Shown piece after piece: positions 24,232 through 37,137 of a stretch of DNA of 64,000 nt. Location: contig OZ210885.1 in the NCBI GenBank assembly GCA_964658305.1, forward strand, positions 13,516,001-13,580,000, in the 5' to 3' direction. The position numbers were made by a program, and so were the translations under genes. The notes beneath the pieces are model-generated. The model did not search any database. It saw nothing but the letters and a program-made list of their open reading frames with translations, and was not told the DNA's origin. The stretch comes from Leptogorgia sarmentosa (lineage: Eukaryota). Numbering within the stretch: the first letter of the stretch is position 1; every line of letters begins with the position of its first letter.

Positions 24232-24420
24232 AATTAATTGAATTAACGAGTCTGTTCACCAAGCGATTTTTATTGTTCTCGAGAGTTTGTAAAACACGAA
24301 AGGCAATAAAAGGACGAGGCCGGCACGGCCGAGTGGTTTTTATTGTCTTGAGTGTTTTACATACTCGAGAGAACAATAAAGAAAATCGCGCGGTGAACAG
24401 TCGAGTTAATTCAATTATTC
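24232..24420. repeat. Long hairpin element (family shared with 27172, 45345, 53757, 54222, 62517)
   Basis: ~90-bp imperfect arms around cgaggccggcacggccgag. Confidence 0.7.
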
Positions 24421-24896
24421 TCAAGTGTTTGAAGACCCAGATAAAACACGAGTCACAAGTTTATGAAATAACTTCTCAGGCGAAATAATATTGTCTATTA
24501 TTGTGGAATTCCCTAATTAGTTTTCATTGCTCTGGCTGTTTTTATAATTTAGAAATGTTGTAATGCACTCTTTTTCTGTGTAAGCGTTTATTATCTAATT
24601 TCTTAATTATTAAATCAACTGTTGGTTTATTTCCAGGGTTTCACAACTCATGCACGTGACGAAATGTGTGTTTTGACAAAACGCTCATTTCAAATGACAC
24701 TCTTTTGGTGTTTTCTGTATTTAAGTCCTCGTTCACATGTCTTGCTTTTCCTCAAAAAAATTGATTTTGCTGATCGACATGTTTAAACTGTAACAATTTC
24801 CTAGAATTTACTCTGATTTATTATTTGAAGATGTTGGGTGCAAACGTTCGGATCTTGTGGAATATGAACATTATAACGAAAAAATTGGGCAACTTT

Positions 24897-24967
24897 GCGT
24901 TGGTGGTTCAGTGGTAAAATTCTCGCCTGTCACGCGGGAGACCGGGGTTCGATTCCCCGCTAACGCA
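24897..24967 (+). tRNA. tRNA with a Gly(GCC)-type body but a GTC anticodon (possible pseudogene)
   Basis: gcgttggtggttcagtggta...ctcgc-ctGTCac-gcggg...ggttcgattcc...ctaacgca; acceptor and T stems pair, with one D-stem mismatch. Confidence 0.75.
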
Positions 24968-25056
24968 GATTATTTTCATTTTGTTGCATTTCATTTCAAC
25001 TGCAACACGAGAAAAAAACTGGCTTCGTAACACGGGAATAGTCAACAAGTTATCAC

Positions 25057-25128
25057 TCCCATGTGGTCTGGTGGTTAGGATCTGGCATTTTCACGGCCAT
25101 GGCCCGAGTTCGATTCCCGGCGTGGGAA
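25057..25128 (+). tRNA. tRNA-Glu(TTC), degenerate
   Basis: tcccatgtggtctggtggttagga...ttTTCac...gttcgattcccggcgtgggaa; mismatches in the anticodon and T stems. Confidence 0.7.
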
Positions 25129-25214
25129 TTTTTTCTGAAAATTTCAATTTGAAGGAGTTTGTGTTCACATTCTCAAACTCGTTCTCTGAAACCAAACCAT
25201 TTTAACAGCAGTAC

Positions 25215-25292
25215 GACCTCGTGGCGCAATTGGTAGCGCGTCTGACTTCAGATTAGAAGGTTCAGATTAGAAGGGGTTCAGATTAGAAGGTT
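25215..25292 (+). pseudogene. tRNA-Trp-derived pseudogene with TCA anticodon; 3' half replaced by a tandem repeat
   Basis: gacctcgtggcgcaattggtagcgcgtctgactTCAgattagaagg is the Trp 5' half; ttcagattagaagg is repeated three times; no T arm. Confidence 0.75.
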
Positions 25293-25429
25293 AAGTGTAC
25301 ACTTCAAAGTGAAGGACTTGTGGCCACGCTAACTGAAGTTAATTTTAGCTTTGCATAGCGCGGCCTCTATGGTCAATTGTAGATGTCAATGTTTAGTTGA
25401 ACAACGTGAAACAGGTTGGTTGTAGCTAG

Positions 25430-25511
25430 GTAGTCGTGGCCGAGTGGTTAAGGCGACAGGCTCGAAATCTGTTGGGAGTTTCCCGCGCAGGTTCAAATCC
25501 TGCCGACTACG
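25430..25511 (+). tRNA. tRNA-Ser(CGA)
   Basis: 82 nt, gtagtcg/cgactac acceptor stem, long variable arm, ctCGAaa loop, ggttcaaatcc. Confidence 0.9.
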
Positions 25512-25808
25512 TTATGCAAAGTCTTCAAATCCTCGAATGTAAAAATGATTTTTTTGGGGAAAAAACTCTAGGAGAGGAAGTTCTGTTCTCGGTGGTGGTG
25601 GCTGAGTGTCTAAAGTGACAGATTCAATGTCAAAGTTTTCCATCTACAAAATCAACGGAAAGAAGTCGCGTTTTTATTGTATTAAGGTTATGAATCATGG
25701 CAAGAAAAATTTGTATTTGAATGTAAAATTGAAAAAACAGAAGTCCGAGAATTAGATTATAATTGCGTTTGAAAGTATATCTACTTAATTAACCTAGTAG
25801 AGTGCACA

Positions 25809-25880
25809 GGGAGTGTAGCTCAGTGGTAGAGCATTCGACTGCAGATCGAGAGGTCGGCGGTTCAAATCCGCCCAAATGCG
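25809..25880 (+). pseudogene. tRNA-Cys(GCA) with a broken 3' acceptor strand
   Basis: gggagtgtagctcagtggtagagca-ttcga-ctGCAga-tcgag...ggcggttcaaatccgcc, followed by caaatgc instead of the expected cactccc. Confidence 0.75.
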
Positions 25881-26026
25881 ACCCAAACGGTTGAGATGCA
25901 AATACTACGATTCGTGTTTAATCTATCAACAATACTTGAAAACCATTACTAAAATATTTTGTTGGATTTTACTGGCAGATTTGAAAGTTTATTCATTTCG
26001 AAGTGCAAGCGAAGGTCAATGGCAAT

Positions 26027-26108
26027 GTAGTCGTGGCCGAGTGGTTAAGGCGACAGACTTGAAATCTGTTGGGAAATTCCCGCGCAGGTTCAAATCCTGC
26101 CGACTACG
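26027..26108 (+). tRNA. tRNA-Ser(TGA)
   Basis: 82 nt, near-identical to 25430-25511, acaga-ctTGAaa-tctgt anticodon arm. Confidence 0.92.
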
Positions 26109-26358
26109 GAACAGCAAATTTCCAGAATGTATTTGGCAAAATTTTGGTGTTATAGCATGCAATAAGGAGAAAAAAGAGAAAAGTCATAAAAGGAAGTTGT
26201 CTAAGAAACTTTTTTAAAGCGAAGTTTTCAACTTCTAACTCGAGTCCGAAGGACGTCGAGTGCTATTTGAGGTCTATTGAAAACTCACGGGTGTATGTTA
26301 TTAAATACTAATATCCATTATTTTCATATTTCTTTTTGGAAGGTTTTCAATGGAGTTG

Positions 26359-26389
26359 GTCTCTGTGGCGCAATCGGTTAGCGCGTTCG
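26359..26389 (+). pseudogene. 5' fragment of tRNA-Asn
   Basis: gtctctgtggcgcaatcggttagcgcgttcg matches the 5' end of metazoan tRNA-Asn, and similarity stops there. Confidence 0.65.
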
Positions 26390-27171
26390 AGTCCAACCAG
26401 GGACGTGTTTGGTGTGTTCAGACGTCGTGATGGTAAATGTAAGCATATTTTTGCGCGGGGTTTGATTTTATTCAGTTGGTCTAAACGAAATTTTACTTTA
26501 ATGATACCAAAATATTCCACAAAATACGACAACTTTTGTTGTCCATATGTTGTTACCAATTCATATTTTGTTTGTGCCGTTTTTCACCTGGCAATACAGG
26601 TTCTCCAACATTGGGCGAGATATTCAACTCAGCCCGAGATTGTCCTGATGTTGTTGATAAATTAGCTGGAGCAAAAGATGGATCTTGCTGGATCCTTCGG
26701 AAGAACCCACAAGGTACAAGCTCATGCTTCCGAAGCTGAAATCTACATAATGAATCTTGCAAATAGTTTTTTAAAATTATTTTGATTAGGTTTGGTGTTA
26801 TATTCATACAGACCAAGTGGATTAATTTGTGTTGGTTGGAATGAAGAATAGTCCAGTAAGTTTGACAGTCCCGTCCGATTCCTCCCCGGGTTGACCCACA
26901 AGGACCGCCACACTGGTCAAGTGTTTTGGGCGATATCGCAGTTCTTGATTTTAGAGTCCAGGTCTCAACAAACAAAAGTTTTGATGGCACAAGAGCAGAC
27001 TGGTAAGAATACACAAACTAATAATTTCTTGTTAACCATGCGCAAAGTCAGCACCGAGTTCGTCTTTTGTACCGACAGTGCACGTAGTGCGAGTTATAAC
27101 AGGAAAATGATTATCTCATACGAACATATGATTGAAACTTTAACACTTTCTATCATATCAGCAACTTTCCA

Positions 27172-27355
27172 ATAAAGAATACCGAATGGTTTTCCGTGCA
27201 GGATTGCGTCATCCATGCACGTGGGGTGTGGCGACTTTCTGAAAGCGTAAGAAATCACGAGCCGCAGGCGAGTCACTTTCCGAAACTCAAGCCACATCCC
27301 AAGTGTATGGATAACGCTATCCTACACGGGAAAATCATTTGGTAATTGTTTTATA
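27172..27355. repeat. Long hairpin element
   Basis: Imperfect arms around cgagccgcaggcgag. Confidence 0.6.
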
Positions 27356-28529
27356 AAATAACTATGGTGAAACAACGGAAAACGTTAATTTCTTTTCCAT
27401 AAATACGAAAACCCTTGTTTGTTGTTTTCGATAGCAATTTGTGTTACTGTCAAATTTTCGTATTTATTTATTGCCAACATTTCAAAAATCCCGTGACTCG
27501 TGAGCATTATGCTCGTGAATGAAGAGCCCCTTAGTCTGGACACAAACTTATAAGGATCGATGGTCCAATGTTGTATCTGTAAAACACTGCTGAAATGAAA
27601 AGATTTTAGAAAATACGACTAACAGATAATGACGTCTGAAGTTCAGTAAGGTTTGCTGATAATGCTGTAAATGTGACGACCATTGCAAACGTCATTGGTA
27701 ATTTTACTTTTAATTGACAAATTTTCTATAATAATTCGATATTGTAAACCAGCAAATACAAATAAAAATCTACACTAAAGTTGAAACAAAACCATTTTCA
27801 AATATACAGTTGCCTCTTATATTAATTAGGCGAATTGCTAAACATTTCCAGATATGTTCACTGTTTAACTTATTCAGTGATACTATTTTAACTATCTTAT
27901 ACGTTTACTATACCGTCATTGAGAATTAAGAGAAAATTCTTAGCATGACGTTTTCTCGATAATTATTTACAGCATGGACTGAATAAAAATGTTTGTAATA
28001 AGACAGGTGAATTCAAAACACGCAGAGTGCCACTGAAATATTTTCCCTTCCACCCCATTTCTCCTACCGGACAAGTATTTTTGAAATACTGACAGTAGGG
28101 ATATTGAATAATGAATGAGGTAAAATGTATTAAACATTGAAGTAGAAATAATCAATCTCTATGTCAGAAAATATGAAGCCTGCGCCTATTATCAAATTAA
28201 TGACTTTCAAAAATTTCCAATGAAATTTACTGATTTTCCGACAAACTGATATTGTCCCATACATCATGCAACAAGTCAACTAGCGCTTTCAACATCCTAT
28301 TTCGCTTCCAATTTCACAACTGAAGGCTGCATTCCCGTTAACCGTTTTTACACGTACGTGTACGCATGTAAAAGTCTAAATCTCTCTATATTTCATTTTA
28401 TTAATAAAATACCTTTAGAAACACATACTACATCATTCAAAGTATGAGATGCTTTACATATATTCATGTGATTGCATAGAAACTAACGTTGAAATTCATA
28501 ATTTGATAAAAAACATATTGCATAAAAAC

Positions 28530-31105
28530 GATTCTGGTGGGTGATTTTAATTGTGATCTGCTGCCAGATAACCTCCTTTACCAATCGATTAGTTGATATA
28601 ATAAATCTATTTCAACTCACTCAGGTGATTGAGGAACCAACTCGAATCACTTCAGACACGCAAACACTATTGGACCTGTTCATAACCAATAAGCCCGAGA
28701 ATATTATTAATTCTGGGGTTGTGCAATTGGGGATCAGTGACCATAATCTCATATTTGGTTGTAGAAAATTATCTTTTGGGAAAAATCAGCCTAAAATTGT
28801 TGAAACCAGAAATTATAAGTATTATAAATCTTTTGAGTTTAAGCATGACCTTTTGGTTTCTCTTTCGAATTGTGATTGGGCGTACACTGATAATCCGAAT
28901 GCACTATGGGAACAATTTAGGGACAGGTTCAACGAAGTCGCTGAAATACATGCTCCAATTAGACAAAGGCGAGTCAGAAGTAAATACGCACCTTGGTTAA
29001 ATAATGAGATAAAAAACCTCATGAATTTTCGTGATGTTATGAAAAGGAAAGCTGTAAAAACCAAATCTAGTTTTTATAATGATGCTTATAAAATTGCCAG
29101 GAACAAATTGAATAAACTTATTGAGAACACTAAAACAAAGTATTTCCAGCAGGTTATAAGTGACTCTAAAATAATTCAAAGGAATTGTGGAGAAATATTA
29201 ATCAGATGATCAACAAAAGTTCAAAAACAACGAATGTAACTAGTGTTAAATTTAATGAAAATATAGCGACAGATAGTGGTGATATGGCTGAAATATTTAA
29301 CAATTATTTTACTAAAGTGGGAATAGATTTATCAAAGCAGATTCCTAAAGGTTCCAAAAGGTTCGAAGATTATATAAAACCAGTTAATTGTATCTTTGAG
29401 TTCAAAATAATTTCTGTTGGTGAAGTAGAAGCAGTATTGAATAAACTCAAAACATCCAAGTCGTGTGGACAGGATAAAATACCTTCAACATTATTAAAGG
29501 ATTCGTGTGAGATATCTGCCTATTACCTAACATTTATATATAATTGTTCTCTTGCTACTGGTATCTTTCCTGATGATTGGAAAGTTGCCAGAATTTCTCC
29601 CATTTATAAATCTGGTGATAAGCAAGAGTGTGGAAATTATCGGCCAATATCAGTCTTGTCTGTCGCTGCTAAAGTATTTGAAAAATTGATGAGTGATCAA
29701 CTAAATGGCTATTTGAGAAAGGAAAATATTTTGACTAAATCTCAATCAGGATTTAGGAAAGGCCATTCCACCACATCTTCTCTACTTAGCACGACAAACT
29801 CTTGGCTTATTAATATGGATTCTGGCCTAATTAATGGAGTTCTTTTCCTCGATCTCAAAAAGGCATTTGACACAGTTGATCACCAGATTTTAATCAGAAA
29901 ACTGGAATTATACGGAATTAGAAATAATGCGCTAGCATTGCTTTCCTCATATTTAGATAGAAGAACTCAAGTATGTAGAGTAAATAATGTCACCTCATCA
30001 TCCAAATACGTATCATGCGGTGTTCCACAAGGGTCTAACTTGGGCCCTTTATTATTCCTTTTATATGTAAATGACTTGCCAAATTGCCTAAATAAATCTA
30101 TGCCTGCTATGTATGCGGATGATACTAACCTATCTGTGACGGGAACCTCAGCTACTGATGTAGAGATGAAATTAAATTGTGAGTTAGAATTAGTACATGA
30201 TTGGCTAGTTGCAAATAAATTAACTCTGAATGTTGAGAAGACCGAATATATGATCATTGGATCATATAAGAAGCTTAGCAACATTCAGAACCAGAGTGAA
30301 ATTAAAATAAAGCTTGGAGGTAAGGAAATTACCCGCACAAACGCTACCAAAAGTTTAGGGGTTATAATTGATGAGCACTTAAGGTGGAAAGAACAAATTG
30401 ATAGTATCAGCACCAAGGTGTCAAGAGCTATTGGAATTATTAGACGCGTAAAAAAATATGTTTCACAAGATACGTTAGAGCAGCTAATGTATTGTTCCTT
30501 AGTTCTCCCGTATTTTGATTATTGTTCTCTTGTCTGGGATAATTGTAGTCAGACGTTAAAAGATAAAGTACAAAAGTTACAAAACAGAGCGGCAAGAGTT
30601 ATAACTGGAGATAATTATGATATTCGATCGAGTGACATTCTCAAAAAGTTAGGATGGAACAATCTCCAGGATAGACGAAACTCGCAAACTATCAATTATG
30701 TTACACAGGCTCTTTTTAAAAAATGTCCTGAAGGGATTAATCAAATGTTTCATGTTAGTGATAATGACAACTATAATCTTCGGAGCAATGACTTGGTGCT
30801 GGGGCTATCAAAACCAAATACAAATGCAATGAAAAGATCCTTTAGTTATGCGGCCGCCAAAATCTGGAATTCGCAAAGTAAAACTAAGAGAGTCGAGATA
30901 ATTAGTAGCGTTAGAAATTGTAGTTAAGTAGTGTGTATGTTATATAGTTTGTTTAAATTTTTATAGTAAGCCTAACGTATAGATATGTAAGTAATCGTAA
31001 ATACACGGCCCTTTGAAAATCAGCACTTATTATTTGTACATTTTTCAGCTGAAAGGCTACCGTGTATAAATATTTTTAAATAAATAAATAAATAAATAAA
31101 TAAAT
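28530..31105 (+). mobile_element. 5'-truncated CR1/L2-group LINE
   Basis: APE remnants ILVGDFNCD, PTRIT, LDLFITN, ISDH; RT domain; 3' UTR stem (tcagc...gctga) and (TAAA)n tail at ~31077-31104. Confidence 0.9.
28531..30927 (+). pseudogene. LINE ORF2 (partial endonuclease and reverse transcriptase) with frameshifts at ~28570 and ~29170
   Basis: NYRPISVL, QSGFR, FLDLKKAFDTVDH, GVPQGSNLGPLLF, YADD. Confidence 0.88.
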
Positions 31106-32119
31106 CAATTTCACTAATTTTTACACGTACGTACGTACGAAAAACGCGTAACTGGAAAACAGCCGTAAGATTTAAAAATGCATGTTAAATATCAGTTAAG
31201 AACGGCCAGCACTTGAGATAAATATAGCCATTGATCGCTGAAAACTTGGAATATGGTGAAATATCAAGTACCTACTGACCAACCACGAGGAGTGCGCGGT
31301 AAATATCAAACTCAGGCCAATGTCAAGACATGAAGACCGAGGTTTGAAAGTTAACCATGCAGACGTAACAGTCGAAGTCAACGAAAAGACGAAGTCTGCC
31401 TATTTTCGTACGGAACTGATGCTCAATTCTTTGCACTATCTTTCTTTTCACGTAGATTCCGAATGACGAATATTTGAAAAAATGCGAGGAGTTGGAACAT
31501 ATTTGACGACAAATGAGCTAATCACGTGTGCCAAATACTCTATAAAGGGTGTCAATCTTGTGGGGTCCCCGAATTTTTGGCTTGGGGAGACGACTATATA
31601 ACTGTCCCCACTGTTTAACATTTCTCGTTTTCTTTTACTTGTGACAATAGTAATTATAAAAGTTATACAGCAATATAATACTTAATGAAAGCGATCTTTG
31701 ATTCGTACACCTAAATGGCCTTATCAAAGAGGTAGAGTTAACATGACATGGTCGTTTCCGGCAATCTAGAGGTGTTAAATGTTCACAATTTATTCTCATT
31801 GGCGTCAACCATGGTGACGCCTCGTGAGAAGTCCCATCCTTTTGTTGGGTCCAACAAACGTACCTATACCCTTCCTGGAGTACTTGTAGGAACGTACTTG
31901 TAAGAAGGATGCAGAAACGTTTTCAACTCCAAAAAAATCAAAACCCACACCCCAAGTTTGGGAATGTATTGTCCTTCTTGTATTCTACACATTGTGCGTA
32001 TTACGTATTAATTTCACTGCAACATTCAAATATTTTTCAATATCTCTACTTTTGAGATTCCCGAACTACCTGGAATGGTGGTTGTTTCGGTAAAAATAGT
32101 CATAGTCGAATATTAGTCT

Positions 32120-32612
32120 ACAGGGTGTCCCAAAAAGCCCCAAAACCTTTGAAATTAGCGCATTGTTTGAATTTGAATGCCCCAGCACTAGGCTAACCCC
32201 AAAGATCCCGTTTACACGGCAGCGGATCAGCTTGGTCACGACATTAAATTCAATTGTTTCAAGACGAGTGTGGCTCTTAATTAAATCTATGGTAACACAG
32301 AATTTGATATTAAGAACTAATCATAGAATGTGTGGTAAGAGTAAAAATAACCTAAAACGCAACGAAATCATTGTCGTGACTACGTGAATCCAGTACCGTG
32401 TAAACGGGGCATAAGCTAAGCCAATTTTGCAAGCCAGTATTTTAGTGTATTCAAATTTTGGTTTTAATCATTCCGGACGCACATTACAAGTACATCTCAA
32501 TATATCTCAATTTTTTAATCACTTTTTACGCATTTTTTCGAGTTGAAATTGAAAGGGCTTTCAAATTTCAACAATGCGTTAATTTCAATGGTTTTGGTTT
32601 TTTGAGTCATTA
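32120..32612. mobile_element. Degenerate Tc1-like MITE with a nested Harbinger-like MITE (~32200-32410)
   Basis: cagggtgtcccaaaaagccccaaaacctttgaaatt versus aatttcaatggttttggttttttgagtca; inner cccgtttacacgg/ccgtgtaaacggg. Confidence 0.5.
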
Positions 32613-32736
32613 TTTTACTTTATATATATTTTAGAGCATTTTGTCATAGCAAGAAATATTGATATTGTTACTCCACATATCCTTGTTACAACGTTTAATA
32701 TTCATTTCAGACAATGTTGCAATTCCTCTTAAGTCT

Positions 32737-33062
32737 TCAACCTTTTGGTTGGAGTTGTTTTGAATGCGAGGATAACTTATTAAGACGAAGGAAGCAGACC
32801 CGACCTCCTGCAAGGCCAACACAAACCATTCCATTTGAGCGACATGCTATGGCTAAAACATCCCGGTCGAAATGAAACTCTTCAACACACTCTCCATTTG
32901 GTAGCTTCCACAGTTTCAGCGTCTTGTCATCTTCCGAGCACGACAAAAGAAACTCACCACCAGGCGCTAACGCCAACGCTCTGATATCCTCAGCATCTTC
33001 AATTGGAAATCTATCGAGAACCTTTCCAGTTATGAAGTCCTTAATCGCCAAAGAACCATGAC
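32737..33062 (-). CDS. WD40-repeat gene, terminal coding exon
   Basis: tttttag acceptor, phase 1; GHGSLAIKDF...LSCSEDDKTLKLWKL...GRVCFLRL...PKG*. Confidence 0.85.
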
Positions 33063-33097
33063 CTAAAAATGTGATTTAAATTCTTTTAATCTGTTAA

Positions 33098-33343
33098 AGA
33101 GGGGTTACAGTCGATTCTGCGCATCGGTTATGCGCATAACAAAAGGAGACTACTAAACGTAAACATTGTCCAAATTTCGCATTTTTTGAAACTTTTTTGA
33201 ATCAAAACGCTGGTTTATATTGTTTTAGGAGCATAGCAAACCCGAAAAGTGTCAAATATTCAGTAGTTCAATCAAATTTTACAAATATAGCAACTCAAAA
33301 TGTAAACAAAGCGTTTGTTTACATTAGGGACTGTAACCCCCCT
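33098..33343. mobile_element. Kolobok-like MITE
   Basis: TTAA flanks; TIR agaggggttacagtc / gactgtaacccccct. Confidence 0.65.
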
Positions 33344-35325
33344 TTAAAGCAATGTTACGCGAGGCAATTTTTGCGATCAATCTTGGATTTATAGCCATGT
33401 TTTATATTTATAGTGGCTGTTACGAACGAAAGACTTTGATCGCATTGCATACCCAATGTTCTTCTTTCCCAAAGGCAATTTTGATACAACGTGAGACGTA
33501 TAACGTATATATTCTGTATAACGGCTACGTTATACAGAATAATTATTTTGCCACTATTTGTGACGTAATTTTAACTTCATTGTGTTTTATATTGCAGGTA
33601 TGTTACTCAAAGGAATTTGTCGCAACTGGCAATTCAATTTCGAGTACAGAGCTGCCTCTTCAACAGTCGCTTTTATGCTTTTATTAGAAATTAGTAATAG
33701 GTGCGTGCGTAAATTTAGGGATGCGCGTCTTGACACCTTGGTAATCTTGACACCTCAACTTTCCCGCAAGTAACAAAACTGCCCGCGCATATCTCACTTG
33801 GAGCCCGCACCTATTCCTAATTTCTATTAGAAGCATAAAGCGCCTGTGGGGGAGGTAGGGTCCTGAGGTCACGTTATTTAAGTCTGCTGTCTCAGAAATT
33901 GTTCACGTATACTGCAACCAAACTCGCTTTTAACAATTCTTTAAATAACATATTAATTAGGGAATATTAGTGTAAAATATTAGCAGGGACATATCTGCAC
34001 AAATTTCCAGGGAGTCTCATCTAAATAACATGGCTTTAAATCGGACGTTTGGTAACATGCAGCTAAAACTGCTTGATCTATCAGGTCCTAGCATAGCGGT
34101 GGGGGTATTGGTGACCGATACAACCTATGACGCGTTATAGCCCGCAATCTACATTGATTTTCAGATCTTAGACAATATAGACACAGTAACCTGCGATTTA
34201 CGTGCACAAATTTCTCAGCAAGTTTCGTGAAAATGACACAGCTTTAAATCAGACGTTTCTTTGCAAGGGGCGGTATAAACTGTCTGTCGTACTATCCAGG
34301 GGCAGAGTTTCTGGGGGACGGTGTGCGGGGAAATTGTTCACTCCTTCAAAAAAAATTCCATCTCCTGTCCCGCCCACAATGTCAATGTACTAACAATAAA
34401 GTAGCTATAAAATTAACATGTTTCTACGCTTTTTTGCGGCAAATTAACATAGAAAATCAAACACACAAAAATATTTTATTGATGTTCGATCGACACCCTC
34501 ACTCACACCCTTGCATCTCTCAGTGAAAAACATGAAAATCCGGCCTTGGTAATAAATGTGACCGATACAGCCAACACAAAATTAAAACCCTATGCAGACT
34601 AAATTGGGTAATGCTCAAACTTTCCCCGCGAATAATTGGCAGATAACATAGTTTCACGTCTAACGGGAGGTGAGGTGTTACCGTGAGATTACGCCTACGC
34701 GGTTGAAAGAGGGGTGTCATCTACTGTGCTTCTTGTTAAGACAGGTTTATGGATGTAACATAAAAGGTCTTGATCAACTGTTTTAATTTTTTTTCGTAAC
34801 TTTTGATGATTTCGTCACAGAACTCGCCGATGCCTTAGATTATATTCGCATATTTCATGTTTTAAAAGGTTTTTAATTGCAATAATCTTGCGTACAGTAG
34901 CTTGACGTCGCGTGCTTGGTTGCATGAATCTTAGACGGGAATTTCGATGGCAGCGCTAGAGGCAGAGCAAATTTCGTTCCTGGTTAATATGTTTCTTTGA
35001 TAACGACCGAAGGAATTAAGCGAACGAATAGGTGAGCTAGAAAAATCGTTGTCATACCGCGAGTAAAATTTTGAACCTTCGTTCTGTATTGTATGTTCAG
35101 GCAGTTTCTACCACTGTAACATGCATGGTTTTTGTTTTACAACTCTTGATGAATTTGAGTAGAACTTTCAACAGGCCTATAAAGCTACATAATAAAGAGG
35201 CTAAGATACCCCGGTTCCGGTTTACCAGTACGGCTGCATTTCCCGTTCCAGTACCCGTAAACCGGAACCGGGGTATCGTCACCTCTAAAAATAATAGGAT
35301 AGAAACATTGCGACCAGACGAGGCA

Positions 35326-35828
35326 TAGTGACATAAACTATCCTCGATTTTGTGCATTTAAATATATCTCTTTCCAAATTAATATCCCCAGTAAGAAGGA
35401 TACCCTATAACTCTCAAAACAATGATGCTTTTATCAAATAGCGTAAATTCGGCAAATATATATCCGCGTATCCGCTGTGTTGTGCAAAAAAACGGAAGTC
35501 GTTGATTACTCATTAAATTCAAACTTTATTGTGTCGCTCTGTCGTGTCGCGAATATCAAAAAACATTCGCTGCCCAATCAGATTTGAGTTTCAGTGGTGT
35601 AATTAGTATTCGACGATTTCCGGTTTATTGCACAGGAAAGCGGGTAAGCGGATATATATTTGCCAAATCTTGTCATTCCTTCTTCGACAATTTTAGAGCG
35701 AATTTACGCAATTTGGTAAAAGCATCATTGTTTTGATAGTTACACGGATCCTTCCTGCTGGGGATATCGATTAATTTCGAAAGAGATATATTTAAATGCG
35801 AAAAATCGAGGATGGTCTGTGTGACATA
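35326..35828. mobile_element. Palindromic MITE (~500 bp)
   Basis: atcctcgattttgtgcatttaaatatatctctttccaaattaat versus attaatttcgaaagagatatatttaaatgcgaaaaatcgaggat. Confidence 0.7.
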
Positions 35829-36160
35829 TAATGGTTCCATTGTTCTATTATTTTCAGTGATTTTCAGGCTGGCGCGGGCAAATATTTAGCCTGGGCTTCC
35901 TGGAAGTGTGCCACGTTGTTACACTATTTTAGTTAGTGATTAATAAACAAAACTTATCAGCGAAAAATTTTCTCTCAATTAAAAATCTTTGTGCTAGCCT
36001 TTTTGTCAACGCTGACAACGAATTAATAATAACAGTTAACAAGACGCCTGCTCAGGCGTTCACTCCGCCTCCACTGCAAAAATTGTTATCTGTAATTCTG
36101 TAGTTTGACTCATGAAAATGGATTGAACTCGCGAGTTTTGATTAAAACATTCACAAGTCT

Positions 36161-36562
36161 AATGGACCAATTGCATAATAGGCAAAATTCATAAAAAGTT
36201 CGAAATAGTACAATTCATAACAATAGCGTGAAAGAGCATCCCTAAATTACTAAAATTGCAAAGTTTGGGTGCAAAATGTTGTAAAATACGGAAAATATAA
36301 CCGTGCAAAGTAGGGAAAATTTGTATACTTTTGTATTACGTGCGTGAATTGCTAACTAAATTAGTTACTTCATTTCGCACGTAATACAAATGTATACAAA
36401 TTTGCCAATTTCGCACGGTTGTATTTTCCGTATTTTACAACATTTCGCACCCAAACTTTGCCATTTTACTAATTTTGGGATGCTCTATCTTTCACGCTAT
36501 TGTTATGAATTGTACTATTTCAAACTTTTTAAAAATTTTGTCTATTATGCAATCGGTCCGTT
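36161..36562. mobile_element. Palindromic MITE (~400 bp)
   Basis: aatggaccaattgcataataggcaaaatt versus aattttgtctattatgcaatcggtccgtt; arms pair almost to the centre. Confidence 0.8.
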
Positions 36563-37137
36563 GTTTAAGGGCATTAAAGAGATCAAGCCACACTCATAGG
36601 ACAACATACGTCCTTAGTTATTCTTCTTTTCGTTTTATGGGATGACCCCAGACTTCGCAAAGGAATGCGTTCATATTTCGGCAATTTCAGAATCATTTAC
36701 GCCTATTAATATAAATGCACAATATACCTTCCTTTAGAACTTACTTAAGATTTCGTTGAAATCCAGCATAAAATAGGGACAATATACTCATTTAAATTGT
36801 TAGCTACACGTTCGTTATATTTATAGTTCACAAATCGCAATGACTGCGGCCGAAACGCCGGAAGTAAAATGCAGTGCATGTCTAAAACATCAAAGGCTCC
36901 GACGTCAAATTATCCATAAATTTACACCGATGTACCTATTAATCAAGTAGCCAGTTTGTGACGCCGTCGACGACAAAAGGCACGGGTTAAGACTCCGCTG
37001 GGTGGCTACGCGGCCTACGCGGGCGGAGTAAAAAGGCTTTCATTAAGTGCAAGTTTGACTTTGCGTGCTGTCACGTGTGGGCTCTATGTTGATCACATTT
37101 TAAGTCTGCCGCGCTGTAATCTTAGAGGTCACTGATA

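Larger units (their letters stand above)
28325..31164. mobile_element. Small MITE split by the LINE insertion
   Basis: ggctgcattcccgttaaccgtttttacacgtacg (28325) versus cgtacgtacgaaaaacgcgtaactggaaaacagcc (ends 31164). Confidence 0.55.

Noticed and set aside
25876..27014. ORFs of 109-153 aa around the tRNA cluster
   Set aside because: They overlap tRNA genes or low-information sequence and show no protein-like features.
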